A DNA stretch of 63,245 bases, counting the filler, from Saprolegnia diclina VS20 (taxonomy: Eukaryota): NCBI RefSeq assembly GCF_000281045.1. It is 9 parts of 5 records of this genome, joined end to end, with 100 filler letters (N's around TTAATTAATTAA, not from the genome) between each part and the next. Parts side by side here need not be neighbours in the genome. Positions count along the whole stretch, not along the records: positions 1 to 8,137 come from NW_008246243.1; positions 8,238 to 11,118 come from NW_008246243.1; positions 11,219 to 28,438 come from NW_008246244.1; 6 more parts are not named here. One strand, written 5' to 3'. The translations under genes and the position numbers were made by a program. Positions 1-12,398 of this stretch are shown here, piece by piece (position 1 is the stretch's first letter; every line of letters begins with the position of its first letter). Below the pieces are notes generated by a model, which saw only the letters and a program-made list of their open reading frames with translations, made no database searches and was not told the origin of the DNA.

Positions 1-253
1 TTGCCCTCGGGGTTGCGCTCTCCTCGGCGCTCGGCGGCACCAGCGGCCACCCTCGCCCTGGCGTAGAAAGGCCAGCACGTCCATCGTCAGCTCAGCTCGT
101 GAAACGATCGCGCCAAGCGACGCTTCGTATCTTCGAACACCTAGAATTCGAACACGCTGCCCATGACGCTGCGGTAACTCACGTTGGGATTGGCTATGTC
201 CACAATGGCCGCCAACGCCAGCTCCAGCGCCGCACTTGTCATCTCTCTCGCCC

Positions 254-1414
254 ATGGTGTCGTGCCAGACCACCGCCAGCAGCGCCGAGGTGCGAGTCGG
301 GCGACCGCTCCTCTTGCTCTACTGCTTCGTCGGCGTCATGGCAACCTTCACGCTCAACGGCTTCCTCCTTGAGAAGCTCACCAAGGCGCACGACGTGGGC
401 GAAATGACGCTCACGTTTGTGAGCTGCGCGTGGTACGCCGTGGTCGCCCACGTCCTTCGCGTCGTCATGCGCGAGCCGACGTCGTCGGTGCCCATCAAGC
501 AGTACGTGGGCCTCTCGCTGCTCACGTTCGTCTCGACAATCGCGTCCATCTACGCGCTGCGGTATGTCTCGTTCATCACGCGCATCCTTGGCAAATCGTG
601 CAAGTCGATCCCCGTCATGCTTCTCGGCGCGCTCCTCGGGCAGCGCTACCAGATGAAAAAAGTCATTTCGGTGCTTCTGCTCTCGGTCGGCGTCGCCATC
701 TTCCTCGTTGGCACGTACGCCCAAAAGATTGCCAACCACGAGCACGACGAGAAGACGGCGACCGACATGAGCATCGGCTGTGTCCTCCTCTTGCTCTCGC
801 TCCTCTGCGACGGCGCGACCGGTGCCGTCGAGGACAAGCTCATTGCTGCGTACGACATTCATGCGTTCGAGCTCATGTTCTACCTCAGCCTCTTCAAGGC
901 GGGCATGGCGCTCCTCGGGATGCTGGTCACGGGCGAGATGCAGACTGTCATGGCGACGGCGTGGCCGCACCTCGGCGGGCTCACGCTCTTGAGCCTCACG
1001 GGCGCGTCGGGCCAAGCGGTGCTCTTTGTGACGCTGCGCAACTTTGGCGCGCTCACAACGTCCATCATCGGCACGCTGCGCAAGGTCGTGAGCATTGTCC
1101 TATCGGTGATCCTCTTCCGCCACGCGCTCGAGACGCAGCAGCTCCTCGGGCTCGTCATCGCGTTTGGCGCGATTGGCCTCAACTGGCTGCCGACGCACCG
1201 AGCATCATCGCATGTACCGACGTCCACCGACGACGAAGCCGAGGTGACGCTTTTGCGCAAGGATACGAGTGGCGACGACGACCGAGAGACCGAGAGCAGC
1301 AGCTCGGGCGACGAGGGTGTTGACGACGAAGAGTCGTGCTCGACCGCACAGAGCAAACAGCTCGACGCAGTCGTCGAGTGGGAAAAGACTTCGAGTGTCA
1401 TCACCGTCGCCTAA
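254..1414 (+). CDS. Nucleotide-sugar transporter, SLC35B/UAA (UDP-galactose transporter-related) family
   Basis: Single-exon multi-TM ORF with family motifs ALRYVSF, KSCKSIPVMLLG, DGATGAVED and FGALTTSIIGTLRKVVSI; acidic C-terminal tail. First in-frame ATG at 254. Confidence 0.85.
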   Translation: MVSCQTTASSAEVRVGRPLLLLYCFVGVMATFTLNGFLLEKLTKAHDVGEMTLTFVSCAWYAVVAHVLRVVMREPTSSVPIKQYVGLSLLTFVSTIASIYALRYVSFITRILGKSCKSIPVMLLGALLGQRYQMKKVISVLLLSVGVAIFLVGTYAQKIANHEHDEKTATDMSIGCVLLLLSLLCDGATGAVEDKLIAAYDIHAFELMFYLSLFKAGMALLGMLVTGEMQTVMATAWPHLGGLTLLSLTGASGQAVLFVTLRNFGALTTSIIGTLRKVVSIVLSVILFRHALETQQLLGLVIAFGAIGLNWLPTHRASSHVPTSTDDEAEVTLLRKDTSGDDDRETESSSSGDEGVDDEESCSTAQSKQLDAVVEWEKTSSVITVA

Positions 1415-1464
1415 GATCGTAGTGCTCCGACTAGTCACGACTAGTAGTATATATAAAAGGCGAA

Positions 1465-2282
1465 TCACGACGTTGCGGCTGCTTTCGCCTTGGCTTCGAG
1501 CTTCTTTTGCGCCTCAAAGGCCGCGATCTTCTCTTTGATCTCCTTGGCTTCAATGTCGGCCTCCATGAGCAACTTCTTGGTCAGCGCGAGCTCCTGCGCG
1601 AGCGTCGCCTGCGCGTCCGTGAGCAGCTGCAAGTCGTGGATCTCGTTGTAGACGGGCCAGTGCTCTTGAAGCGCGTTCGGCGGCGCTTGCTTCTCGGGCC
1701 CTACAAGCGCGTTGATGTGAGTGACGTGGCTTGCATCATTATGCGTGGACCCGCCATGAGCTTCTTGTACATGAGCTCACTCGGCTCGTTGAAGACGAGC
1801 TCGTCGTAAAACTCCGAGACGACCGGCTACGACGCATGTTCATTGCAAGAGCGAGCGCATGACAAAGTACCTTCTTTGTCGACGCGATCTGGTTGCCCGG
1901 CGGGTACAGAATGAGCATGTGGATGATGTCGACGGGCTTCTCGTCCGGGTCCTGAAAGTGGATTTGGATCTTGGTCTCAAACTCGCCCCAGCCATACTCT
2001 GAGACCTCGTACGGCGGCTCCGTGAGCACTATACATCGCGACATGAGGCCATGGCCGGCGAAGAGCGTCAGTTGTACCGCGCACGGGGTTGGCGAAGCTG
2101 TTGTGGAGGCTAATGACAACCTTGCTGATCATGTACGAGAGGTCTTCGCCGGCGAGGCCGCGCACGTAGATGTGCCAGCGGTGCGTCTTGGTCTCCTCCG
2201 ACTTGCGCCCGAGGTACATGGCCACGGAGCCGTACGCGATGGCCTTGCTCACGACGACGCCCTTCTGCCGCTCGTGGGACAT
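1465..2282 (-). CDS. YAF9: YEATS-domain protein (Yaf9/GAS41-like)
   Basis: Spliced exons 2282-2078, 2028-1871, 1826-1751, 1700-1465 give THRWHIYVRG...LHNSFANPVRVLTEPPYEVSEYGWGEF...PVVSEFYDELVF plus a C-terminal coiled coil. Confidence 0.9.
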
Positions 2283-2362
2283 GGTGCAAATCTCGAAGAA
2301 TGACCGAGGTGGGCGATTAAATTCGCATTTTGGCCAATCAGAAGACATATTCAAGGCCCAGC

Positions 2363-3269
2363 ATGCCACCACGGAAGCGAAAGGCCAGCACCCGGTCAAG
2401 CTCGGCGTCGAGCCGCGAGTCCGTGTCCAAGCGACGTAGCCGTACGCGCCATGCTCATCGCATCGCGATGACTCATGCTGCTGCCTAGGAAGCGCGTCCA
2501 TCTCGTCGGCGGCAAGCAGCGACCACGGCAACCAGACCGTCTCCGAGTTCTTGACGACGAACCTCGACGAAGCGATTGCAGTAGACCTCGATCGACGCGC
2601 GGCCATAGCTTACATCTCGATGGGTTTGTAGAAAGTTGAGGCGCATGGGAAGAAGACGATCGCCAAGTTCCGCAAGGAGGCCAAGAAGGCCCGCGAGAAC
2701 CTGGAAGCCTCCGTCGACCTGACCGTGCCCGATGACGACGCAGGTGATACTCGCTGGCTGCTCGACATGCAACGTCTCACGCCATGGCACTAGTCGACGA
2801 CGACGAAGCCAAGAAGGCCCCACCGCGGCGCTACAACGTGACGGTGCAGTGCACAGAGGGGTTCTACAAGAACCAGCAGTTCAAGCTGCTCCTGGCCTTG
2901 GTTCGGCGCGTCACGTCGAGCTCCTGCTCATCCGAAACGTAGGACACGAACCCTGTCATTCACATTGGACGGTCGTCTGGGAAAAAGTACAAGCTGCCCC
3001 ACGGGCTCAGCTTGCCGAAAGACCCGGAAGTCTCGACGACCCACGCCGAGGTACGACGTCGCAGTAGGCTGATGGGCCAATGGCCTCTATGCTAGCTGCG
3101 GCTTGGAGACGACGGCAAGGTCTACATCACCGACGTCAACAGCACCAACGGCACGAGTGTCAACGACAACCCGATCAAGCCGCACAAGCCCATGGCGCTG
3201 CTCTTGACGGCGCCGACGCACGTCTCGATCGGCAGCAGCGAGCTCACGCTCACGTTTGCGCAGCCGTGA
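2363..3269 (+). CDS. FHA-domain protein (multi-exon)
   Basis: C-terminal exons give FIGRSSGK...VSTTHAE...ITDVNSTNGTSVN (FHA GR, SxxH, NGT motifs); TGA at 3267-3269. The basic N-terminus MPPRKRK from ATG 2363 is inferred by eye. Confidence 0.75.
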
Positions 3270-3336
3270 GGAGAATAACCCAAAATCATCATCATCATAT
3301 TATCTACGGAGGCTGCTCCTCGGTCCATACACTACT

Positions 3337-4679
3337 CTAATCCGAGTCCGAGTCGTCGCCCAAGACGTTGAAGTTGTTGACGACCTTGGTCGACGCCGCC
3401 GTCGGCTTGAACACGGCCGCCTACACCACATATATGATGAGCACATGGGCAGAGCGATGCAGCAAGGGACCTTGGCAGGCTGCTTCTTGGCTTCCGTCTT
3501 CTTGGCCGGCTTGGGCTTGGCCTCGACAGCGGCGGCAGCGCCACCGCGGACCCAGTCGCCGTCCGAGCGCGTCGCGGCGGCGGGCTTGTTGTCGCCACGA
3601 CCGGCCGGCTTGTCGCCACGACCACCCGCGCGCGGCTCACCGCGGCCGCCACGGCCACCACGGGCGCTGTCGCGATCGTCGTGGACCTTGGGCTTCTCGG
3701 CTTCGGCCTTCTTGCGCTCAAGGTACTTGGATTCGTCACGGGGCTTGGCGTCGCCAAAGATGTTGGCGCGCTGCCCCGCCTCCTTGGCCTCGTTCGACTG
3801 CGTGCGCGGGAGAAGCGAGAGCTTCGGGCGCTCCTTGGGCTCCTCGCGACGGTCGTCGCGACGGTCGCCACCACGACCCCCATAACGGTCGCCGCCGTCG
3901 CGCTGGCCGTAGCGGTCACCGCCATCACGCTGACCGTAGCGGTCGCCGCCGTCACGGCCACCATCACGACCACCATAGCGATCGCCGCCGAAGCGATCGT
4001 CGCGGGTCGGGCGGTCAAAGCCGCGGTCGCCACCGCGGTTGCCGAACGAGGTATCGCGGCCCTTCTTCTCGCTGGCGACGTCGATACGGATCGGGCGGTT
4101 GTCAATCATCTAATCCGCACGATCATCATGAGCATCTGCTGCATACAGACGACAACGACGGTAAGTACCTCGCCGTTGGCCGAGAGCGCGTCCTCGAGCG
4201 ACTTGCGGTCGCCAAACGTGACGTAGGCAAAACCCTTGGGGCGGCCCGTCTCGCGGTCCGAGACCACATGCACGTCCGTGACGGCAAGGCCTTGGAAGAA
4301 CTCGGCAATGTCATCGGCGTTCATCAGGTAAGGCAAGTTGCCCACGTAGCACTACCAGCGCCATGAGCAAAGCTCCAAGAGGGTGTTGCGTGAGTACCTT
4401 GAACGGGCCATACTCCGGGATGGGCTGCGGCTCGCGCTTCTGGTACTCGCCGCTGTCGCGGCGCGGGCGGCGCTCTTCTTCCTGGTAGCGGCGGGGCTCG
4501 GGCTCGGCGTGGTGGCGCTCCTCTTCTTCGATGACGTGCTCCGTGCGGCGGGCAGGCCTACGCAGCGCTCAGTGGACGTGGCCATAGGCAGCAGCGTCGT
4601 ACGCAGCCTGGAAGGTCGAGTGCTCCTCGGCCTCGTCGTCGGCCCACGAGGTGGCCCCAAAGCTGGCGAAGTTGCTCAT
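3337..4679 (-). CDS. EIF4B: Translation initiation factor eIF4B-like (RRM + DRYG repeats)
   Basis: N-terminal SWADD motif; RRM with YVGNLPY and KGFAYVTF; GGDRYG repeats; ERPKLSLLPRT and NIFGDAKPRDE motifs typical of eIF4B/4H; about 4 short introns. Confidence 0.85.
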
Positions 4680-4904
4680 CTTGTCTGTGCTGGAAGTTGT
4701 ATTGGCGGTCGAGCGTCCACCAAACAAAGTCTGAGCTGAAAACCTCTAGCATTTAATACGCGGGTGGCGCCCGTCGAGCATTATAATTTGATTAAGCTTG
4801 ACAATTGTATATGGATTTGCCTATTCTGCATTAAAATGGAGATTCCCAGTGGCCACACAGCGTGTCACGTTGAGCCAATCGGAAGTCGTTTCCTGTGAAA
4901 ACGC

Positions 4905-5034
4905 ATATTTGCATCTTGGTTGAAGCGCATCACACATGGCAGCGGCGAGGTGCTTGGACGCTCCCGCCACCAAGTGTCCGCGAACGCATGCGAGAACAAC
5001 TAAAATGAAATGACTAGATTACGACGTAAATATG
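4905..5034 (+). repeat. Dispersed repeat, copy 1 (sister copy at ~10932-11042)
   Basis: cttggacgctcccgccaccaagtgtccgcgaacgcatgcgagaacaact is identical in both copies, with similar flanks. Confidence 0.85.
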
Positions 5035-5070
5035 CATTGTCATTGTCGCTAGGACGCGCAGGCTGCCGTG

Positions 5071-6211
5071 CTACTTGCGGCGGGACAGAACAATCTTGCG
5101 CTTCGTAGGCGTCTTGGCGCGAGTTGGCGTTGGTGTTGGCGTTGGCGTTGGTGTTGGCGTTGGTGTTGGAGTCCGTGCTGGCATAGGCGTTGGCGTCCGT
5201 GCTGGCATAGGCGTTGGCGTCCGTGCTGGCATAGGCGTCGGCGTCCGTGCTGGCATCGTGCCCGGCGGCGATTGCATCTCGACGTCCTGAGCTGCGTTGG
5301 CAGTGGGAGCTCCTTGGAAACCTTGGGGCGCGTAGCGAACGGAGCCGCGGCCCGGCGGCGCCGCGTGCTGCTGCGAGGCCGGGCTAGGATATCGGGCGAG
5401 AAGCTCTTGGATAGACATGCCGCGAAATTCGTGTGGGGGCGCGAGACCAGTCAACGACGGCTGAAAGCTCGGGTTGGCCTGCATGACCGGGCTCTGCAAT
5501 TGTTGCGCTTGCAAAAACTGAGGCGTCAAGCCAACTGGCGTCGTCGTAGGCGTCGAGGGAGCTGAGGTTGGTGCTTGGTGACCAACGACCGCCGGGCTTG
5601 TTTGCGAGGCCGCCGGGATGCGGGAGGTTGTCATCGACCCAACGGGGCTCTGCGCGACCCCTTGGACGGGGCTCGCCACCCCAGCGCGATACTTGAGCTT
5701 GACGGTCTTGGCATGGGCGTCGTCGAGATCGACGCGGGCTTGGATGAGCTCCACGTCCTTGTTCTCGCTGGCTTTCTCGGCCGTGAGCGCACGCGTCTGC
5801 CACTCGCGCAGCTTAACGCGGAGCTGCGGGCACTCCTGGCAGAGTGCATGTTCATCTGGTCCGTCCATGGTGTTCTTGTGTGCCTTCTCGAGCTGCGTCC
5901 GGAGCTCTCGTTCCAGTTGACGCTCGTGCTCGCGCTCTTGACGGTCGCGCTCGCGCTCTTGACGGGCCCGCTCGCGCTCGTGCTCGCGCTCCTGCTCGCG
6001 GCCCGCGCGTTCCTTGCGAATCTTTTCCTTGAGGCCAACAATCTTGGCCTTGAGAGCTTCAATAATCGCTGCGTCGTCGGCGCGCCGTCCGTCCTGCTGC
6101 TCGAGATTGGCCTCGCTGGCGGCCAGGCGCGCCTCGAGGTAGCGGATGCAATTTTCATCGACGATGTCGAGCGTCTCGTCGACCGCGGGCGGCGCCGCCT
6201 CTTCCTCTTCT
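5071..6211 (-). CDS. Hypothetical coiled-coil protein with Pro/Thr repeats, 5' end lost in gap
   Basis: Open frame from the gap edge through an E/K/A-rich coiled coil to (PARTPTPM)n and (PT)n repeats; stop at 5071. Confidence 0.55.
5122..5258 (-). repeat. Coding tandem repeats: 6-bp (PT)n and 24-bp (PARTPTPM)n
   Basis: Plus strand shows gttggc/gttggt units followed by ~4 ggcgtccgtgctggcataggcgtt-like units. Confidence 0.85.
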
Positions 6212-9200
6212 NNNNNNNNNNNNNNNNNNNNNNNNNNNNNNNNNNNNNNNNNNNNNNNNNNNNNNNNNNNNNNNNNNNNNNNNNNNNNNNNNNNNNNNNN
6301 NNNNNNNNNNNNNNNNNNNNNNNNNNNNNNNNNNNNNNNNNNNNNNNNNNNNNNNNNNNNNNNNNNNNNNNNNNNNNNNNNNNNNNNNNNNNNNNNNNNN
6401 NNNNNNNNNNNNNNNNNNNNNNNNNNNNNNNNNNNNNNNNNNNNNNNNNNNNNNNNNNNNNNNNNNNNNNNNNNNNNNNNNNNNNNNNNNNNNNNNNNNN
6501 NNNNNNNNNNNNNNNNNNNNNNNNNNNNNNNNNNNNNNNNNNNNNNNNNNNNNNNNNNNNNNNNNNNNNNNNNNNNNNNNNNNNNNNNNNNNNNNNNNNN
6601 NNNNNNNNNNNNNNNNNNNNNNNNNNNNNNNNNNNNNNNNNNNNNNNNNNNNNNNNNNNNNNNNNNNNNNNNNNNNNNNNNNNNNNNNNNNNNNNNNNNN
6701 NNNNNNNNNNNNNNNNNNNNNNNNNNNNNNNNNNNNNNNNNNNNNNNNNNNNNNNNNNNNNNNNNNNNNNNNNNNNNNNNNNNNNNNNNNNNNNNNNNNN
6801 NNNNNNNNNNNNNNNNNNNNNNNNNNNNNNNNNNNNNNNNNNNNNNNNNNNNNNNNNNNNNNNNNNNNNNNNNNNNNNNNNNNNNNNNNNNNNNNNNNNN
6901 NNNNNNNNNNNNNNNNNNNNNNNNNNNNCGGGTGGATCTTGGCCGGCGCTCCAGGTTGCCGGATGAAAATGTCGTTCAAGTGCATGGTGGCAGATCGCAG
7001 AATGACCGCGGTCAAATGCGAGCGGTATCTTTTGCGTGTACGGTGTACGGTATGACATCGTACCATGTACAATTTAGCTCTATATCAGTATTGATGTACG
7101 TGTAACCGTACAAAATACAGCCACGTACGCAGCCTTACCGGGTTTCGGCGCGAACGGGGGCGGACCTGGGCGGACCCAGTAGCCAACGCCGAGCCTTAGT
7201 TCGTGCTACGGTGTTCCATCGGGAGTCTGTGCAGCTCATACTTCAACGGTGTGCATTACTTACCCCCGCCTTTTAAAGAGGTGGCCGGCGCACTCGACAA
7301 CGCAGGGTACCATCGCTGCTCCTCATACCAGTACGATTGCATCATACCACAGCACACCAGCGCAGCACACCATAGCTCTCCATACCAGACTTGATGCCCG
7401 TGATGATGTGAACGACGTCATCGCGGTTGGTAAGAGATATCACACATCGGTATGAGAGTGGGCAGGAACCCAGCAGCGTTGAAGCTGACTATCCGGATCC
7501 GGAAAAAGAGCATCGCGATCGTCAACACAACGACGGCAGGAGGCAAGACCCACTTCAACAACAACGACGACAGGAGGTGACCGCTTCGTTTCGTTGAGGT
7601 CGCTTCATGGCGGCGGATTGGCTAGTTCGCACGTCCCGAGAACGAAGTAACGCTGCACGACCCATCCAAGCACGTTGGTCCATCTGTGGCTTCGTCGACG
7701 ATAGTTGGTGAATTTTTAGCTAGATGCGCGGGGAGGCCGTATCATTACCATCGATTATATACGCTTTCCAGCGCTAAACTCGCCTATCATCGATTGCCCG
7801 CTTGTTAAGCAAACAATATCCAAGCTAGCCGGGAGCCTATTTTGTCCAGTGGTCGCGTGAAAATGCCACCTTGAAAGCTCCAAATGTCTGTTTTTGGGGT
7901 CCGAAAAAAGTGTAAAAGCGTCATACCAGAACGCTTCATGCTTCATGCAGCTTGGCGATCGACGGCAACAAGAAGTAGCATCGTAGCGGGCGCGACGCGG
8001 AGTAGCAGGCTACCACCAACGCCGGAATGGGACCGAATCGTTGCAATCGAACGGCGTGGCCTGAATTTCGGCAAGAATGCCCGAGTTGCTTAGGAGATAA
8101 CGACAACGGCAATCCTACTTTGTAAGCTTGTAAAAGCNNNNNNNNNNNNNNNNNNNNNNNNNNNNNNNNNNNNNNNNNNNNTTAATTAATTAANNNNNNN
8201 NNNNNNNNNNNNNNNNNNNNNNNNNNNNNNNNNNNNNGCAATCGAACGGCGTGGCCTGAATTTCGGCAAGAATGCCCGAGTTGCTTAGGAGATAACGACA
8301 ACGGCAATCCTACTTTGTAAGCTTGTAAAAGCGAGACGAGCTCAGACACTAATGAAGTTGGCATCGCCGACGAAGACAACAATGTACGTCACGGTAGTCG
8401 ACGCCACGTATCGTGGCAATCGAACGGCGTGGCCTGATGGACGCAAAATACTGGCGGACGCCGCAGGACTGACGTAGACGGGCGACCCGGTGGACAAGAG
8501 GTTGGGCGTATCAAAGCTGCAAAGACCTCTGTCGATGGTTGGCGGATTGTCGCGACTTCCGTGTGGCCCGCGCGCGCAAGGGCTTGGAGCTGCGCCACGA
8601 CTGTTTAGTAAGTGCGTCCGGCGACTTCTTGCCGAGTGTCAGGACGGCGAAGTCGGGCACGCTGTCACGACATAAGGCCGTAGTACCACCGACTCGGAGC
8701 TAGTGCGTCGAATAGTTGCTCGGGTCATTTTGACGCGCCGCAGCTACATTCTTGATCTCGCGCGATGCTGCTTCGCATTGTAGCGTATCGGTGGCCGAAA
8801 CGTCGCACAACTTGGTGCTGAGCGAGATGTTGTTGTATTGAGCATGATGAGCGAGGTTCCGCGTTGTCGTAAGCACAGTCATGGTGTGGGTGATGGCTTG
8901 ATCCGTAGATGCGCGTCTCGGCATGTATGGTTGATCTTGGGGCCTTGGATGTGGATGTGGGCTCCCTTGCCTTGATGTCTTCTTGGTGCTTGAGCGTTTG
9001 GTCCTTGTCGTCCAGAGACTTTACGTCGTCGATTTCGAGTGCGACTTGACGTCTCGTCGTCGATGGCCAATGCTGACCGCAGCTCGTATCTTGACCGAAA
9101 AATGCCAGTCAAGGCTTCTGCGCGCTTTTGTCGAGTGCTCGGTACATCTAGCGCAGACGTGCCAAAATTCGGTGTGTCTGCCCATGAAGCCGTGTGGCTC

Positions 9201-10931
9201 TTTCGTGTTGGCGTATGTAGCTCAATCGCTGCGATGGCGGCTGCGTCTACATGTAGGAGCGAGGCTGAGTCCCGGAATGTGACGTGTCGAGACGCGGAGC
9301 TAGAGCACTGCTTGCGCCGCCGAAGTGACGGATTGATGTTAACACCATACGCCGCTGGATAATGCCACAGACCACACGACGTTGCCACGCGAGTGCCGTG
9401 GTGGTGATGGCCAGCACCTCGATGTTGACGGTTGAGGTACCGAAGGGTCCCGAAATTCTTATTCCACTCTCACGCCGTGAGATCAACGCCCAAGCTTGTG
9501 CGGTGTTCATGGAGGTGTCGTCATCAGCATTGCATCGTCGTTGCCTTGCTAGCCTGAACACTGGGTGTTATCAGCTTGGTTCACCCTGGCACACAAGACT
9601 TCCTCTTCCACGTCAATCGAGTCGAATGTACCGTGTCGATGGTCAATGATGGCGACGCTGACGGCGGCGGCGTCCATCTTTAGCGTGTAGATGACTGGGA
9701 GGAGTTGTCAAAGACGTACGCTGGGACGTGCTCGAAGTGCGCCACCGAAAAGGTCGCGTCCAGTACGTCGAGGTCAGCTCGGGCCGGGAACTGGAGCCTG
9801 TACGAGCCCAAATAAGCGAGCGCCCAGTAGAAAATTGTGTTTTTGGCCTTGGTGTAGGGCGCGTGGAGTGGTCGCGCGCAAAAAAAGTCAGGCGCTCCAC
9901 AAAACGCGGTCGGGATCGGCTATGGGCGTGAACATACGCGCCAATTTTGTTTCCGGCGGACATAGAGACGACACCAAACTCGAGGCTCCGAACGAGGCCG
10001 CTTCCACAGAAAACTTGACGGATCATGGATAGGTCGCCGCGAGCTCGGCTGCATCGAGCCATGACGGGACAACGAGCTCGATGAGGATACAATCGTCGAT
10101 GTGATCGAAGCACCCAAAGGAGAGCGTGACCCGAGATGTGCTGAAAATGATGCTGCTCGGATATACGACTTGGACGAGCCGCGTGATCGTCGACTACGCA
10201 TAATGCGTTGGCAGAGCTGCACTAGCCGGTGGGAGCCGAGAGATCGATGCCGATTCGGGTAGCGCCAACCCAAAAGTGGTTGCTGTCAGCTGCACAACGG
10301 CGCAGGTGACGGAAAAAACAGCAGCAGTTTCGCCCGATGTGCCCAACATGTCCGCGCTCGTTGGAGCTGCCGCATGTAACAAGGTTATGTACCGCTGCAC
10401 GTAACCACGTGATGCCCGCTGCTATGTCGGCCAAGCGCAGCCACGAGAGCAGTGGTAGGACGACCTTGCGGGAGTGTGAATTTATTTTGAACGACTTGCC
10501 GATCGAAATTGACGAGACGTGGATGAGACGCCGTCGACCGACAGCGTTTGGAGGTGCCTCTCCCGAGGCCGAGTGGGCTGCAGCTACCGCATTGATCCTT
10601 GTTTGAAAATCATCGGTGCAGATTGACGTGGTGCCGGCAGGTCGGGTGACCACGACGAGCGAGCTGAGCTCTTACGGGAGCATCGTTTACTGGGCGGTGA
10701 TCTGCTGGCGACTACCCGCGCACCAGTACGACGACGGAGCGGGTGCAACCGTGCCACCGCTGCCAGATGCCAAAAATGAGGCTCGCAGCTCGATGCTGCC
10801 TTCATCATCGAAAGATGCTAGAGGGGTTACTGCCAAAACGCTGAGTGCGCAAGTCTTGCTTGGGCCTAAGACGTGGAAGCGCTTCATGGTTGATCAGTCG
10901 AGCCATGTAGCGAGCGCCGCTAAAAAATCAA

Positions 10932-11042
10932 CATTTGCAGCTTCGTTGAAGCGCATTACACTTGGACGCTCCCGCCACCAAGTGTCCGCGAACGCATGCG
11001 AGAACAACTGAAGTGAAATGACTCAATTACGACTTAAATATT
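10932..11042 (+). repeat. Dispersed repeat, copy 2 (3' end of ORF 10616-11011)
   Basis: Matches 4905-5034 with a ~18-nt deletion; encodes ...LGRSRHQVSANACENN*. Confidence 0.85.
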
Positions 11043-11218
11043 TGGCGTCCGTAGCGGCACCTTCCAAAGGGGTCACAAGCTTCGTGGACACCCAGAGCCC
11101 CGTTTGGCCGATGGCAGCNNNNNNNNNNNNNNNNNNNNNNNNNNNNNNNNNNNNNNNNNNNNTTAATTAATTAANNNNNNNNNNNNNNNNNNNNNNNNNN
11201 NNNNNNNNNNNNNNNNNN

Positions 11219-11811
11219 AGTGATTCCTCGAGATGCGCAACGACATCCCGCGAGGCCTGAAGTTGAGTTCCAAGCGTCTCGAGATCAGCGTCGTGCTGGG
11301 CATGGGCAAGATCAAGCTCCGAGGTGCGTGTCTTGGCCGTGTCCATCGACGCGTCGAGGCTGGCTTGGAGGATGACGACCTGCGCTTGGAGAGTAGCAAC
11401 TTCCGAACGCAGCTGACCGAGGATCGCCTCAGTCGTGGTCGTCGATGCCGCGCTAGCAGGCGTGGCATCCGTGGTGGTACTTGACGGAGCAGTCGCGACG
11501 CTCGTCACCGGTGTGCGACGCTGCGCGGCGGTGGTCGAGGTGCGGCTGCTTGCCGTCAGAGGTTGCACCGCCGTCGTGGCGGGCGTTTGCGTCGACCGAA
11601 TCGTCGATCGCGCAGTCACCGGGACAGTTGGAGCCGCGCGCTGGCGGACAACCGTCGGGGTCTTGCTGCGCCCGAACGCGGTGGCACGCGAACCAAGGTT
11701 CGTCGCCGCCGTCGGGCTTGGCTTACGCATAAGAGCATCTTCGGCCGCCAACTTGGCCTCAGCGAGCTTTGCAGCTCGCTTCTGGTGGTAGAGCGGGTCG
11801 TAGAGGGACAT
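11219..11811 (-). CDS. Hypothetical Thr/Ala-rich coiled-coil protein, 3' end lost in gap
   Basis: ATG 11811 MSLYDPLYHQKRAAK..., low-complexity linker, then heptad-like segment running into the gap. Confidence 0.5.
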
Positions 11812-12398
11812 GCGAATTCGTTTTCTGAAGCATCAAGATCACTTGCGCCGTCGAGGGCTGTAAAGGCGTTCAAGCCATCGCCGCGCGCCGTGTACTTGGA
11901 GTTTGTATCGCACGCTGGAGAGGCGTGATCTGCGAGGCTGCGTCGTGGCAAAGGTGCTCGAAGCGGCGCGCTTTTGCGGTCTCGGAGGCTCCATCGCTCT
12001 CGTCGCTCGGGCTGCCACGCTCGGCGTCGCTGGTTCCGAAAAGCCAATGGCCGAAAATATTTTCAAGGCGTTGATTGCCCGTGTGAAGAAGTAATTTTAC
12101 ACCAAATTTGAATGTGCAGCGTTAATATCCCTATACGTGGCAGCGCGCAAGAGCCCACCGGTATCCAGGCTACAACACTACGTCGCCAAGCTGTCGACGC
12201 CACCACACACTCGTCAATGCAGCGTCACCGAGTAAACGATGGTAAAACAGTAAACTTGTGGCCTTGACGATAGCGAAAAACACCTTACCGATGAGACCAG
12301 CTCGATGAACTACGCCACATTTTAGGTCGTCGCAATTCCGATTTATGGCAGCCTCAAATCGCATTTGTGTCCAATGAAATTTCGAGATTTCGAGAGGC

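Noticed and set aside
239..1323. Long antisense and alternate-frame ORFs over real genes (here and throughout the window)
   Set aside because: Expected shadow ORFs from high GC3 codon bias; no recognisable motifs.
5575..7105. Long ORF-track calls spanning N runs (also 30740-31683, 44042-44812, 53270-53648)
   Set aside because: Their length comes from X residues in gaps.
8182..8193. TTAATTAATTAA embedded in N runs (also ~11163, 28483, 38514, 47035, 49631, 57561, 59025)
   Set aside because: Always centred in N gaps; it is a six-frame-stop scaffolding spacer, not biology.
8043..8332. ~95-bp direct duplication on both sides of a gap
   Set aside because: Identical sequence at adjoining contig ends is most likely an unmerged assembly overlap.
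7200..10600. Many short ORFs in a gene-poor interval
   Set aside because: No coherent frame, motif or terminal structure that I could support; probably decayed sequence.
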